Of a stretch of 64,000 nt of DNA, positions 48,884 through 58,288 are shown one piece after another. Each line of letters starts with the position of its first letter. The stretch's first letter is position 1. The DNA lies in contig CAWJHW010000004.1 in the NCBI GenBank assembly GCA_963842855.1, forward strand, positions 536,630 through 600,629, in the 5' to 3' direction. The position numbers and the translations under genes were made by a program. The notes under the pieces were generated by a model that was not told the origin of the DNA, did no database searches, and was given only the letters and a program-made list of their open reading frames with translations. The DNA is from an uncultured Methylomirabilota bacterium. GTDB taxonomy: Bacteria > Methylomirabilota > Methylomirabilia > Methylomirabilales > 2-02-FULL-66-22.

Positions 48884-49017
48884 GAGGACCGCCAGACAGC
48901 CTGCCCGCAGGGCTGATCGGACGCACCTACTCCAGACAGGAGGCACCCCTGAGATCCTAGAATCCAACCCTTTGCAGGAGGGTATGCAGACCTGAACGGA
49001 GATTCTGAGGACGACAA
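48884..49017 (+). repeat. Repeat R, copy 3 (T-run degraded; preceded by a 40-nt motif also found at 8936-8975)
   Basis: See copy 1. The upstream motif GGGACCCGGCCGTTTCTTTCGTGTCAAGGTAGATTCCTC (48835-48873) matches GGGACCCGCCCGTTTCTTCGCTGTCAAGGTAAATCCCTC (8936-8975). Confidence 0.8.
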
Positions 49018-49634
49018 CCGTCTCGCCCAGCGCCTCCTGCGTCTGCAGCTTTTCGAGTAGTCTCCTGACTCGGGATTCCCGTCATACATCCGTACTCTCG
49101 TACCCTTGTATGTCTCGGGATACTTCCCATCCTCCCGTCCCCTTGCCTCGCCCTCTCCCACGCTCCCCTCTCCACTCGTCTGCCTGTACCCTCGTCCAGT
49201 CGCAGTCTCGTACGCCCTTCTCCTCAGAGGTCAGCCGGTGCCTGCTCATCCCATCGGGGATTCTGTGGCAGTAGATGCCACAGGCGCCTCGTAGAATGAG
49301 GCAACACAGGGCCAGCCGAAGGCGACGAATGCGAGCGGAGGAAAATCGGCACCCCTCAGATCGGAGGAGGAGAAACGCGCATGCGCATGTACGAGCTCTG
49401 GAAGCTGCCGAAGCGGAGTGGGGACCCTGTCCGGCTGGAGGATGCAGGCGGGCCACTCTTGTTCCCCGGGGTGCGCGATGCCGAGGAGTATTCCAGGGAA
49501 GAGCCGGACCGGTGGGAGGTGAATTTTGCGGTGGTGTCAGTCCGGGTCGGCTTGGCGTAGGGAACCGGTGCGGGTTCCATGCGGAGGGAACCAGCGGAGG
49601 CGAAGGGCTGACGGATGGCCCAAGGAGGACACGC

Positions 49635-50138
49635 ATGGCCACTACGAAAAGTGAGACCACTGAGGCTGAGGAGCAGATCAGGGAGCTGGCAGCACAGTTC
49701 CGGACGTATCGCCAGCGGCCCTGCCTCCTCTTCGTGAGCCGGCACCTGGTCTATGCCGATGTGGCAGCGGTCCGGGCCGCCTTGGAGGATGAGACCGGCG
49801 AGCATCTGGACGTGCTTGTCGCGAGCCCCGGCGGCGACATCGAGGCGGCCTACCTGGTGGCCCGGGAGCTCCGGCGCCGGTTCGCGGCGCTCGCCATGGC
49901 CCCCACCCGGTTCAACGCCCACAAGAATCTCGGCCTCGCCCTAGCAGGGCAGGGCCAGTTCGTGGAGGCCGCCCGCTGTCTTCTGGAAGCGGATCGCCGC
50001 TGGCCGGGGGATGGACGAGCGCGCCGACATCTCGCCGAGCTGCTGGCCGCGCATCCGGAGGTGCTCGTGGAGGACCTGGATCTCGCGACAGAGTGCCGGG
50101 CACACGGCCTGGGCGTTGGACCCATCGGGAACGCGTAA
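49635..50138 (+). pseudogene. Fusion of gene fragments: N-terminal piece of an SDH/ClpP-fold serine protease joined to a TPR-like C-terminal fragment
   Basis: ATG at 49635 follows AAGGAGG. ...PCLLFVSRHLVYADVAAVRAAL...LDVLVASPGGDIEAAYLVARELRRRF stops abruptly and continues as ...AHKNLGLALAGQGQFVEAARCLLEA (TPR-like). Confidence 0.4.
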
Positions 50139-50140
50139 CG

Positions 50141-50340
50141 ATGCGCCCACGACTCTCGAAGTCCAAGTATCTGTCTGGCCTTCAATGCCTGAAACGCGTG
50201 TATTTGGAGATCCACGCCCGGAACCTGGCGAGCGAGATGGACGAGGATACGCAGGCGGTGCTCGACGCGGGGACGCGGGTCGGGGAACTCGCACGGAAAC
50301 GGTACCCGGGCGGCGTTCTCGTGGATGTGGAGTACGGGAG
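50141..50340 (+). pseudogene. N-terminal fragment of a DUF2779 (Cas4/RecB-like nuclease) protein
   Basis: MRPRLSKSKYLSGLQCLKRVYLEIHARNL...QAVLDAGTRVGELARKRYPGGVLVDVEY matches the start of DUF2779 proteins. Sense is lost after about 65 codons. Confidence 0.4.
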
Positions 50341-50399
50341 AGAACCGGCAGGAGGTGGAGGTAGAGCTCACTTTTTGATGGATTTGCAGCCTCATAGAC

Positions 50400-50785
50400 G
50401 ATCCCATATCGGCGAAACGCCTCGGGAGGCCATTCGCCGGCGTAACGATCCCTGTCACCTGCGTGATCCTAAACCGCTGGAGCACGCCCGCGAATTCCCG
50501 GACGATCTCTTCGGGCGAGAACGGCGGCTGGCGCTCTATGAGGCGATCCACGATTACCCGGTCGCCCTCCGGATGGGTGATGGCCAGGGTCATCGAGTCC
50601 TGGCCCGTGCCGCCAGCCGGATCGCAAAAAGCGAAGTAGCGAGTACCGTCCTGGGCTGGCCGCTCCCGGACCCCGAGGGCGACGAGCGATTCCAGGAGCT
50701 GCACAGAGACGAACTCTTCGAGATCCTCGCGGAACTGCGCCCCATACTCGGCCGCTGGGAGGGGCGAGTCGGCCGGAGCGCTCAC
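50400..50785 (-). pseudogene. Fragment of a phage terminase large subunit (C-terminal nuclease region)
   Basis: ...TRYFAFCDPAGGTGQDSMTLAITHPEGDRVIVDRLIERQPPFSPEEIVREFAGVLQRFRITQVTG resembles the RNase-H-like nuclease domain of terminase large subunits. It is truncated on both sides. Confidence 0.4.
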
Positions 50786-50830
50786 CCTATCTGATTCCGG
50801 AATAAGGCATAACGTTGCCGAACGGCAAAG

Positions 50831-51903
50831 TTATGCTATTTGCCTATGGATTTAGCTCCTAATATCCGCTATCCTCTGACCAGCACTGGGAGGGGCCATG
50901 GCCAGAGGGTATGCGGAACGCAGCCTGATCGAGTTCCAGCGGACGTTCGCCTCCGAGGAAGCCTGTGCGGAGCACTTGGCACGGCACCGGTGGCCCGAGG
51001 GGTTCGTTTGCCCGCAGTGTGGGCACCGGATCGGGTGGTACCTCCCGAGACGGCACCTGTTCGACTGTCGGCGTTGCCGACACCAGACCAGCCTGACGGC
51101 GGGGACGGTTTTCCACAAGACCCGGACCCCCTTGGTCAAGTGGTACTGGCTGATCTACCACATGGCGATGGACAGGGTGGGGGTGTCGGTCGCTCAACTC
51201 CAGCGCGCGCTGGAGATCCCCGACTACAAGACCGCCTGGCTCATGGCGCACAAGGTCCGGAAGGCCAGGGCGGACCGGGATGCCGGGTATCGGCTGGTTG
51301 GCCTCGTGGAGCTGGATGAAGCCTTCTTCGGTCCCCCGGGCAAGACGCACGGCCGCGGCTCCGAGGCCAAGACCACCGTCTGGTGCGCGGTATCCCTGTA
51401 CCGGGATCAGGCCGGGCGGGAACGCCCCGGGTTCGCGCACCTGACCCTCGTGGCAGATGCCTCCACCCCGAGCATCGTGGGGGTCTTGGAGCGGCTGGGG
51501 TGCGGGCCCGCGACGGCCGAGGGGCGTCGGCTGTTGGCCGCGATCCGCACCGACGGCTGGCGGGCCTATGGGAGCGCCGCCAAGGCCAAAGGGCTTCAGC
51601 ATTGTCGCGTCGTCCTCCGGCATGCCGCCGATGCTGGCAGGCTCTTGCCATGGGTCCATCGGGTCATCTCCAACGCGAAGGCGGTCATCCGGGGGGCACA
51701 CCGCGGGGTGTCCTCCCACCACCTCCAGAGCTATCTCGGCGAAATCTGCTACCGCTTCAACCGACGCTTCTGGGAGAAGGAGTTGTTCGACCGCCTCATC
51801 CGAGCCTGTGTCTCAACCGGGACTATCACCTATGACGAACTCACCCATGACAGCGGACCAGCTAGCAAGATTAGGAGCTAAATCCATAGGCAATATGCTA
51901 TAA
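50831..51903 (+). mobile_element. IS1595-family insertion sequence
   Basis: Imperfect terminal inverted repeats with a perfect 24-nt core TGCCTATGGATTTAGCTCCTAAT (about 50841-50863) and its complement ATTAGGAGCTAAATCCATAGGCA (about 51870-51892). They flank the transposase ORF. Confidence 0.75.
50898..51881 (+). CDS. IS1595 family transposase
   Basis: N-terminal zinc ribbon (WPEGFVCPQCGH...CRRCRHQTSLTAGTVFHKT..PL..W), then a DDE region (VELDEAFFG...IRTDGWRAYG...HRVISNAK....G.H.GVS..HLQSYL.E..YRFNRR). Confidence 0.85.
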   Translation: MARGYAERSLIEFQRTFASEEACAEHLARHRWPEGFVCPQCGHRIGWYLPRRHLFDCRRCRHQTSLTAGTVFHKTRTPLVKWYWLIYHMAMDRVGVSVAQLQRALEIPDYKTAWLMAHKVRKARADRDAGYRLVGLVELDEAFFGPPGKTHGRGSEAKTTVWCAVSLYRDQAGRERPGFAHLTLVADASTPSIVGVLERLGCGPATAEGRRLLAAIRTDGWRAYGSAAKAKGLQHCRVVLRHAADAGRLLPWVHRVISNAKAVIRGAHRGVSSHHLQSYLGEICYRFNRRFWEKELFDRLIRACVSTGTITYDELTHDSGPASKIRS

Positions 51904-51924
51904 GTTACACCCAAGAGGGGCGAT

Positions 51925-52665
51925 ATGCTGAGAGCAGTCACGTTCGACCTGTGGCAGACGTTGCTCCTGGACACGCCGGAGGGATTGCGCCAGGCGCGGG
52001 CCGACCGCGTCCGCGGGATCCACGGTGTCTTGGCCCGCGAGGGGATCGCGGTAGCAGTGGCGGCAGTGGGCCAGGCCTACGATGCGGTGGGCTCGCGGCT
52101 GGAAGAGATCTGGGCGTCTCGGCGGGACGTGGGATCGCGAGGGCAGGTGCGTCTGCTCTTGGAATGTCTGGGCCTGGATGGCGCTGTACCTGCCGAAGGC
52201 GGGCTGATGGATGCCCTGGAGGAAGCCTATTGTCTTCCCATCCTCTCCGCGATGCCGATCCTCAATGCCGGCGCGCGCGCCATCCTGGAGACACTTCAAC
52301 GCCGGGGGTTGCGCCTGGGGCTGATCTGCAACACGGGGCGAACGCCCGGCAAGATGCTGCGCCTGGTCTTGGAGCGTCTGGCCCTGGCCCCCTACCTCGG
52401 CGCCCTCAGCTTTTCCGACGAGGTCGGCCTGCGGAAGCCGCACCCCGAAATCTTCCGCCGGACCCTGGCGGCCCTGGGCGTCCTGCCGACCGAGGCTGCG
52501 CACGTCGGCGACGACCCAGCCACGGACGTCGCGGGGGCGCGCGCCGTCGGGATGCGTGCCATCCACCTGTGTCATCCGTCGAGCGTCAGCCAGCCTTCGG
52601 ACGACGTCGAGAGGATTCCGACCCTGGAGGTCTTGACCGATCTGCTCTTTCCCCGCGAAAGTTAA
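51925..52665 (+). CDS. HAD-superfamily hydrolase
   Basis: AVTFDLWQTLL (motif I-like), ...LGLICNTG (motif II), ...GLRKPHPEIF (motif III K), ...HVGDDPATDVAGA (motif IV). Confidence 0.8.
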   Translation: MLRAVTFDLWQTLLLDTPEGLRQARADRVRGIHGVLAREGIAVAVAAVGQAYDAVGSRLEEIWASRRDVGSRGQVRLLLECLGLDGAVPAEGGLMDALEEAYCLPILSAMPILNAGARAILETLQRRGLRLGLICNTGRTPGKMLRLVLERLALAPYLGALSFSDEVGLRKPHPEIFRRTLAALGVLPTEAAHVGDDPATDVAGARAVGMRAIHLCHPSSVSQPSDDVERIPTLEVLTDLLFPRES

Positions 52666-52982
52666 CGCAGCTCCTCCCTCCCCTGTCCCATGCCCTGCGA
52701 GCCGGCTACGCTCCCAGACCCCGGGCACAAGGGCCTTCCCCCACGTCTTGGATTGGGGTACAATCCCCATAGCGCTCAGGCCAGCGGTTCAGTTCAAGCC
52801 GCTTTACCCGGCGGGCCGGCTTCCGCGGTCGTCGGCCTGTCGTGCGCGGGGCCCGCCGCATAAAAGCTTATTCGTTAGGCCCTTCCACACAACGAGACCG
52901 GGTATCGAGACGCCGCTCGCGAGACAGGGACCAACCCGCATGAGTGATTGGTGGGTCCTGCAAGGAGGCGGAGGAGACAGTC

Positions 52983-53870
52983 ATGCTGAAGGAGGTGGCA
53001 GCGGGTGTCCTTAGTGTCGCTTACCAGGAGACCGGAGGGCCCACCGGTACTCCGGTCCTCCTCCTGCATGGTTTTCCATACGACGTGCACGCCTACGACG
53101 CGGTGGCACCCGTCCTCGTGTCCGCCGGCTGTCGCGTCATCACGCCGTACTTGCGCGGCTATGGTCCCACACGCTTTCTGTCACCGGACACGCCGCGCTC
53201 AGGCCAGCAGGCAGCGCTGGCGCACGATCTCCGTGCCCTCATGGACGCCCTGGCGATCCCGCGCGCGGTACTCGCTGGGTACGACTGGGGAGGACGTGCG
53301 GCCTGTATCGTCGCTGCGCCGTGGCCCGACCGGGTACGTGGGCTCGTCTCGGGAGGGGGCTACGGCTACAACATTCAGGACATTGCGGGAGCGCTCAAGC
53401 CGCAGGCGCCCGAGACGGAGCGTCGGTACTGGTACCAATACTATTTTCAGACCGCGCGCGGCCGCGCTGGCCTCGCCCAAAATCGCCGCGCGTTGTGCAA
53501 GCTCCTCTGGCAGCTGTGGTCGCCCAACTGGCGCTTCGATGACGCGACGTACGCGCAGACCGCCGTTTCCTTCGACAACCCGGATTTCGTCGATGTCGTC
53601 ATCCACGCGTACCGGCATCGCTACGGGGTCGTGCCCGGAGACCCGGCGGTCGAGGACATCGAACGCCAGTTGGCGACCCAGCCGCGAATCACTGTGCCGA
53701 CAATCGCCCTGCATGGCGCGGCGAACGGTGTGCTCCCTTCGGGCGGGTCCGAGCAGCAGGGCCGATTGTTTACTGCGGCATACGAGCACCGTGTGATTCC
53801 TGTGGTGGGCCACAATCTTCCTCAGGAAGCGCCACAGGACTTTGCCGCCGCGGTCCTCTCGCTTATCTAG
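52983..53870 (+). CDS. Alpha/beta hydrolase (epoxide hydrolase / haloalkane dehalogenase-like)
   Basis: VLLLHGFPYDVHAYD..., nucleophile elbow LAGYDWGGRAA, and C-terminal ...VVGHNLPQEAPQ (catalytic His region). Start chosen at the internal ATG preceded by GGAGGAG. Confidence 0.8.
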   Translation: MLKEVAAGVLSVAYQETGGPTGTPVLLLHGFPYDVHAYDAVAPVLVSAGCRVITPYLRGYGPTRFLSPDTPRSGQQAALAHDLRALMDALAIPRAVLAGYDWGGRAACIVAAPWPDRVRGLVSGGGYGYNIQDIAGALKPQAPETERRYWYQYYFQTARGRAGLAQNRRALCKLLWQLWSPNWRFDDATYAQTAVSFDNPDFVDVVIHAYRHRYGVVPGDPAVEDIERQLATQPRITVPTIALHGAANGVLPSGGSEQQGRLFTAAYEHRVIPVVGHNLPQEAPQDFAAAVLSLI

Positions 53871-53914
53871 CCCGCCCGCAAGAGAGCCGGCGACGCGCGG
53901 CGGTGTGGGAAAGG

Positions 53915-54241
53915 GCCTAACATGGCCATCGACTCGGACCCTTGCAAGCGGGCTTCGCCCGCCCGCTTCGGGCCGGTCATTGCCGTCGATGCGCCGACGC
54001 GCGCGGCCGTCGCTCCGGTCCAGTCGGATGACCCCGGGTGGCTCCATCCCCCCGAGCCCGGCGGCGCACGCGAGGCTGGCCGCGGACCGCGCCGGCGCGA
54101 GGCAGTCGGCGCATCGGGGCGGCGGATAGACCTCCGCGTGCTGGCGCCGCTCGCGCGGCCCATCACGCGGATGCAGCCGCCACCGGCTTCGGCGAGCTAG
54201 CTCGCCATCGCCCGCGCGGCTGATCCGCCGCCCCGTTGGGC
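53915..54241 (+). repeat. attC-like recombination site, giant composite form (327 bp)
   Basis: Starts with GCCTAAC (RYYYAAC) 45 nt after the upstream stop and ends with GTTGGGC (GTTRRRY). It contains long hairpin H1 (GATGCGCCGAC...GTCGGCGCATC) and hairpin H2 (GGGGCGGCGG...CCGCCGCCCC). Confidence 0.5.
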
Positions 54242-54258
54242 AGACATTCGGAGGTCCC

Positions 54259-54960
54259 GTGCGTAGACCGCAGCGACGGCCGGGAGTTGCTTACAGCCGC
54301 GTTGACCTCTCGCACTACCATCTCTATGCAGCGTTCCTTTTTGTGTTGCATGCCGAGCGACTCGAGGAGAAGGCCTCGCCCATGGGCGGGTCCGATGCCC
54401 TCTTCCGGTACAGATCCTTCGTCATGGGTGCCATCCTGTCTTCAGTCGCGTTTCTCGAGGCGAAGGTCGCGGAACTGGGGACCGATGCAGCCGATGGTCC
54501 GTTCGTAGGCTTGTCAGCCACCGGCCTCACGGCGGCTCAGTGCACTGCGTTGGAGGCTGCCCTGAACGTTCACGCACCGCTCCTTGAGCGATATCAGGCG
54601 GCGCTGCGCGCCCTCGCTAAAAGCCCCTTCAAGGCCGACCGGCAACCGTATCGCGCGGTCGCCCTCGTTGTCGCCCTAAGGAACTTCCTCGTCCATTTCC
54701 CCGCCGAGTGGCACGCACATCCAAACGGCGAGTCTAGTCCGCTCCTGCAACGAGAGTTGCCGCTTATCGAGCGTCAGCTGAGGCGCCAGTTCCCGTCCAC
54801 GAAGTTCGCGGATCCCTCGAGGCCGTTCTTTCCCGACCACTGCCTCTCGGCGGGCTGTGCGCGGTGGGCTGCTGAGGCTAGTCTGCTCTTCGCACGCGAG
54901 TTCTCCGCGAGAGCTGGGGTGCCCATGATCCATCCGCGACCAATCCTGAGGGGCGTGTAG
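54259..54960 (+). CDS. Cassette ORF: alpha-helical protein with a HEPN-like RNxxxH motif
   Basis: GTG start 5 nt after GGAGG. ...VVALRNFLVHFPAEW fits Rx4-6H. No other family features recognised. Confidence 0.5.
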   Translation: MRRPQRRPGVAYSRVDLSHYHLYAAFLFVLHAERLEEKASPMGGSDALFRYRSFVMGAILSSVAFLEAKVAELGTDAADGPFVGLSATGLTAAQCTALEAALNVHAPLLERYQAALRALAKSPFKADRQPYRAVALVVALRNFLVHFPAEWHAHPNGESSPLLQRELPLIERQLRRQFPSTKFADPSRPFFPDHCLSAGCARWAAEASLLFAREFSARAGVPMIHPRPILRGV

Positions 54961-54965
54961 GTGCT

Positions 54966-55228
54966 GCCCAACATGGCCGTGAAGGTGTCGGCCCACGCTG
55001 CCACGGGTCGTGCTTGCGCACGCCCCGCACCACCGTGTCCCGCAGCGTACGGTCGACGATGCGCCGACGCGAGCGCTCGCCGCGCCGGGTAGCGGACAGC
55101 TTCGAGCCAGGCCCTTGGGCTGGTGATAGACAGTTGCTCAGTTGCCCCATCGACGCCTCCGACCGGCCCGGCGGCGCCTGGCAGTCGGCGCATCGGGGCG
55201 GCGTCTTGGGGACGCCGCCCCGTTGGGC
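54966..55228 (+). repeat. attC-like site, composite form (263 bp)
   Basis: GCCCAAC at 54966, 6 nt after the stop, and GTTGGGC at 55222. H1 has the same 11-nt arms but a different interior. H2 is reduced to GGGGCGGCG-tcttgggga-CGCCGCCCC. Confidence 0.5.
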
Positions 55229-55486
55229 ACGAGGAGCGGAGGTCCTGCCTTCCGCGAAGACCTCGCCATGAATGGTCAGTGATAGAGATTTCCAGAACCA
55301 CGCGGTCTTCAGTGAGTTGGAACGGTACATTGCGTTCTACAAGCACTTCGCTGATTCAGTGTTCAGCTTCGTCTCGCTGGGTACAAGGGCCATCTGCAAC
55401 ATCGACTCTTACCTCCTTTCCTCGATCCAGGGAACACTGACATCAATACGAACGATTCTTAGCGACGGGCGGATCAACGACGCCTA

Positions 55487-56772
55487 TGCAGAGCCGGCCC
55501 CGAAAAATAGGACAGGCGTTTAAGTGAAAACTCTGCTCTACTGGACGGGACGAATCGCCGTCCCACAAGGAGAGCAGCCCATGAAACGGTCCCGACGGAA
55601 TCACGCACCGGCCTTCAAGGCCAAGGTGGCCCTGGCCGCCTTGAAAGGGGATCGCACCCTAGCCGAGTTGGCGCAGCAGTTTGATGTCCACCCCAACCAG
55701 ATCACGCAGTGGAAGGCCCAGCTCCTGGAGCGGGCGCTGGAGCTCTTCGCCACCCCGGCCGAGCGTCAGGCCGGCGCGCCCGACGTGAAGGCCCTCCACG
55801 CGAAGATCGGCCAGCTGGCCATGGAGAACGATTTTTTGGCCGGCGCGCTCGGTCGGCTCCCCGATGCGAGCGGCACGCGATGATTACCCCCCAGCACCCC
55901 CTGTCGGTGACGCGTCAGTGTCGTCTGGTGGCCGTGGCCCGGTCATCGGTGTACTACACGCCCCAACCGGTCCCGGCGGCCACCCTGGCCCTGATGCGGC
56001 AGCTCGACGAACTGCATCTCCAGCATCCCTTTGCCGGCAGCCGGATGCTCCGGGACCTGCTGCGCCTCCACGGCGTGCCCGTGGGGCGCAAGCACGTGGC
56101 CACCCTGATGCGCCGGATGGGGATTGACGCGCTCTACCGGCACCCCCGGACCACCCAGCCGCACCCGGGGCACCGGGTGTTCCCGTACCTGTTGCGCTCC
56201 CTGGACATCACGGCCCCCAACCAGGTGTGGGCCATGGACCTGACGTACATTCCGATGCGCCGGGGCTTCCTCTACCTGGTCGCCGTGCTGGACTGGGCGA
56301 CCCGCCGGGTCTTGGCCTGGCGCCTCTCGAACACCCTGACCGGGGACTGTTGCCTGGACGCCCTGGACACCGCGATCCGGGCTCACGGCTGTCCCAGGAT
56401 CCTGAACACCGACCAGGGCAGTCAGTTCACCGGCACGGCCTTCGTCGACCTCGTGCAGCAGCATGGCATCGCACTCAGCATGGACGGCAAGGGGGCCTGG
56501 CGCGACAACCTCTTCGTCGAGCGCCTGTGGAAGAGCGTGAAATACGAGGAAGTGTACCTGCATGCCTATGACACCGTGGCCGAGGCCCAGCAGCACCTGG
56601 CCGTCTACTTTGCCTTTTACAATCAGGGCCGGCCTCACGCGGCGCTGGACGGCCAGACCCCCGATATGGTTTACTTCGCCGCGTTGCCTCAGCTCGAGGC
56701 AGCGTAACGTGACCCCGGCAGAGTGTCACTTATCACGCCTGGTTTGCTGTCCAACTCTGTGGGGCCACCGCA
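55487..56772 (+). mobile_element. IS3-family insertion sequence
   Basis: Ends TGCAGAGCCGGCCCC... and ...GGGGCCACCGCA (TG...CA termini, imperfect IRs sharing GGACAG and GCGT.TAAGTGA.ACTC blocks). ATGC is present at both junctions, so the exact boundary is ambiguous by 1-4 nt. Confidence 0.75.
55581..56707 (+). CDS. IS3 family transposase OrfA/OrfAB (programmed -1 frameshift at T TTT TTG, 55832-55838)
   Basis: OrfA: MKRSRRNHAPAFKAKVALAALKGDRTLAELAQQFDVHPNQITQWK (HTH), then a leucine-zipper-like region. The slippery heptamer lies in the zero frame. The -1 frame continues into the DDE integrase core (...WAMDLTYIPM...LNTDQGSQFT...ERLWKSVKYEEVY). Confidence 0.8.
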
Positions 56773-57353
56773 TGCTTTGCTCCGAAAGTACTACGACTCG
56801 GCAATCATAAACATCTGCTCAAATCTGTACCTTCAAGACCACTTCAGCATCGAGAACTTCATTGTCGAGAAGATAGACAACTGGCTGAAGGGAAAGGATC
56901 AACTTCCCGAGTACAGGATTATGTCACAGTACATCCGTTCCTCGCCAAGAGTCGCTCCCATCACTGCCCTTGTGTTCGCCGACGACCGGTACAAGCGGCT
57001 CAGGGATCGCTGCAACGACCACACACATTACAACTTCTATCGCAACGTGCTTCTCAACGACAACAAGATATTCCTTCCCGATCGGCGCCGGGCGTTGGAC
57101 ACATTCTCGGATGACGTGCGAGATGTGCTAATACTGCACGTCGCATACTTGTTCTTCGCAAGCGGTCATTACATGATGTCAAGCGACTACCGGGACTCCA
57201 TGGACTGTGGAATGACGCCAGAACCCGACTCGGAATATTGGGTTGCCCCCTTCGTTCAAGACATTTTCGATCAGACTGTGGTGAAGGAGCGTCCGGACAT
57301 AGCCGCCATCATAAGGCAGCACACGAGCATGCATCTCGCATGAACAACGGAGA

Positions 57354-57659
57354 GCCCAACAAGCCGGATGCACGCGACGGCTTACAGCCGCGCGTGATCC
57401 GCAACGATGCGCCGACGCGCGCGGCCGTCGCGCCGATCCAGTCGGGGGACCCGGCCGGCTCCATGCCTTCGAGCCCGGCGGCGCACGAATAGGTTGGCCG
57501 TGGACCGCGCCGGCGCTACGCAGTCGGCGCATCGGGACGGCGGATAGGCCTCCGCGTGCTGGGGCCGCTCGCGCGGCCCATCGCGCGGATGCAGCCGGCA
57601 GTCGCTCCGGTGAGTTCCCTCGCCGTCCCGCCTGCGGCTGATCCGCCGCCCCGTTAGGC
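57354..57659 (+). repeat. attC-like site, giant composite form (306 bp)
   Basis: GCCCAAC at 57354 and GTTAGGC at 57653. The H1 and H2 modules are about 85-90 percent identical by eye to those at 53988-54234 and 59336-59584. Confidence 0.5.
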
Positions 57660-57676
57660 AGATGAAGGAGAACGCG

Positions 57677-58261
57677 ATGCTGACGACCTTCAATGCGCAG
57701 AGTGCCCGCGCACAGTTCGAGAACAGGATCGGCAGTCTTGAGGCGGACACCAAGCGATGCTTCTGGGAGATTCCGGGCGGTCCGGGAGCCGCCTTCTTTC
57801 CGGCGGTTCTCTACGCATTCGCGACGATTGACTACTTCTCCAGCTACTGGGCTGGTTGGAATGACTCTGGTGGCGACCGAGCGAAGAACCAGACGAACCG
57901 ACTGACGAGCTTCATGGTCAAGTACCTCGGCTACGCTGCGAAGGAGTCGAAGATTGCCGTAAACATCTGGCGCCATAAGCTCATGCACACAGGGGAACCC
58001 CGGGTGCTCCGAGCGCGTACTGGAAGTGAACGATACCTTTGGGAGACGGGGATAAACCTGCAGAATCACCTTAAGCTTGACCCTACAGGAGCGCCGAACG
58101 AGTTTGCGATCCGTTTTGACTCGTACGCCATCGTCCGTGATCTGCGCATTGGCGTGTTCGGATCTTCAGGATACCTTCAAGATCTCTCTGCCTCTCAGGA
58201 CCTTCAGCAGAAGTTCCTTGCGTGCTTCAACGAGATGGAGACCTATACCGTCGATGTCTGA
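57677..58261 (+). CDS. Cassette ORF: hypothetical protein with RHKLMH (Rx4H) motif
   Basis: ATG at 57677 follows GAAGGAG. ...VNIWRHKLMHTGEP. Low GC relative to the flanks. Confidence 0.5.
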   Translation: MLTTFNAQSARAQFENRIGSLEADTKRCFWEIPGGPGAAFFPAVLYAFATIDYFSSYWAGWNDSGGDRAKNQTNRLTSFMVKYLGYAAKESKIAVNIWRHKLMHTGEPRVLRARTGSERYLWETGINLQNHLKLDPTGAPNEFAIRFDSYAIVRDLRIGVFGSSGYLQDLSASQDLQQKFLACFNEMETYTVDV

Positions 58262-58288
58262 AGAGCACGAAAACTCGCGCGCGCGGCA

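Larger units (their letters stand above)
55272..57343 (+). pseudogene. Cassette ORF (about 261 aa, low GC) interrupted by an IS3-family element
   Basis: Removing the IS and one copy of the flanking ATGC joins ...ILSDGRINDAYA to LLRKYYDSAIINICS... in frame. It contains RLRDRCNDHTH (a possible Rx4-6H). Confidence 0.6.

Noticed and set aside
52659-52880. Possible attC between the HAD and alpha/beta hydrolase genes.
   Set aside because: Only the 3' core GTTAGGC (52874-52880) is convincing. The candidate 5' core after the HAD stop (AGTTAAC) violates RYYYAAC, and no arm pairing was seen. It is mentioned in the integron finding only as a possibility.
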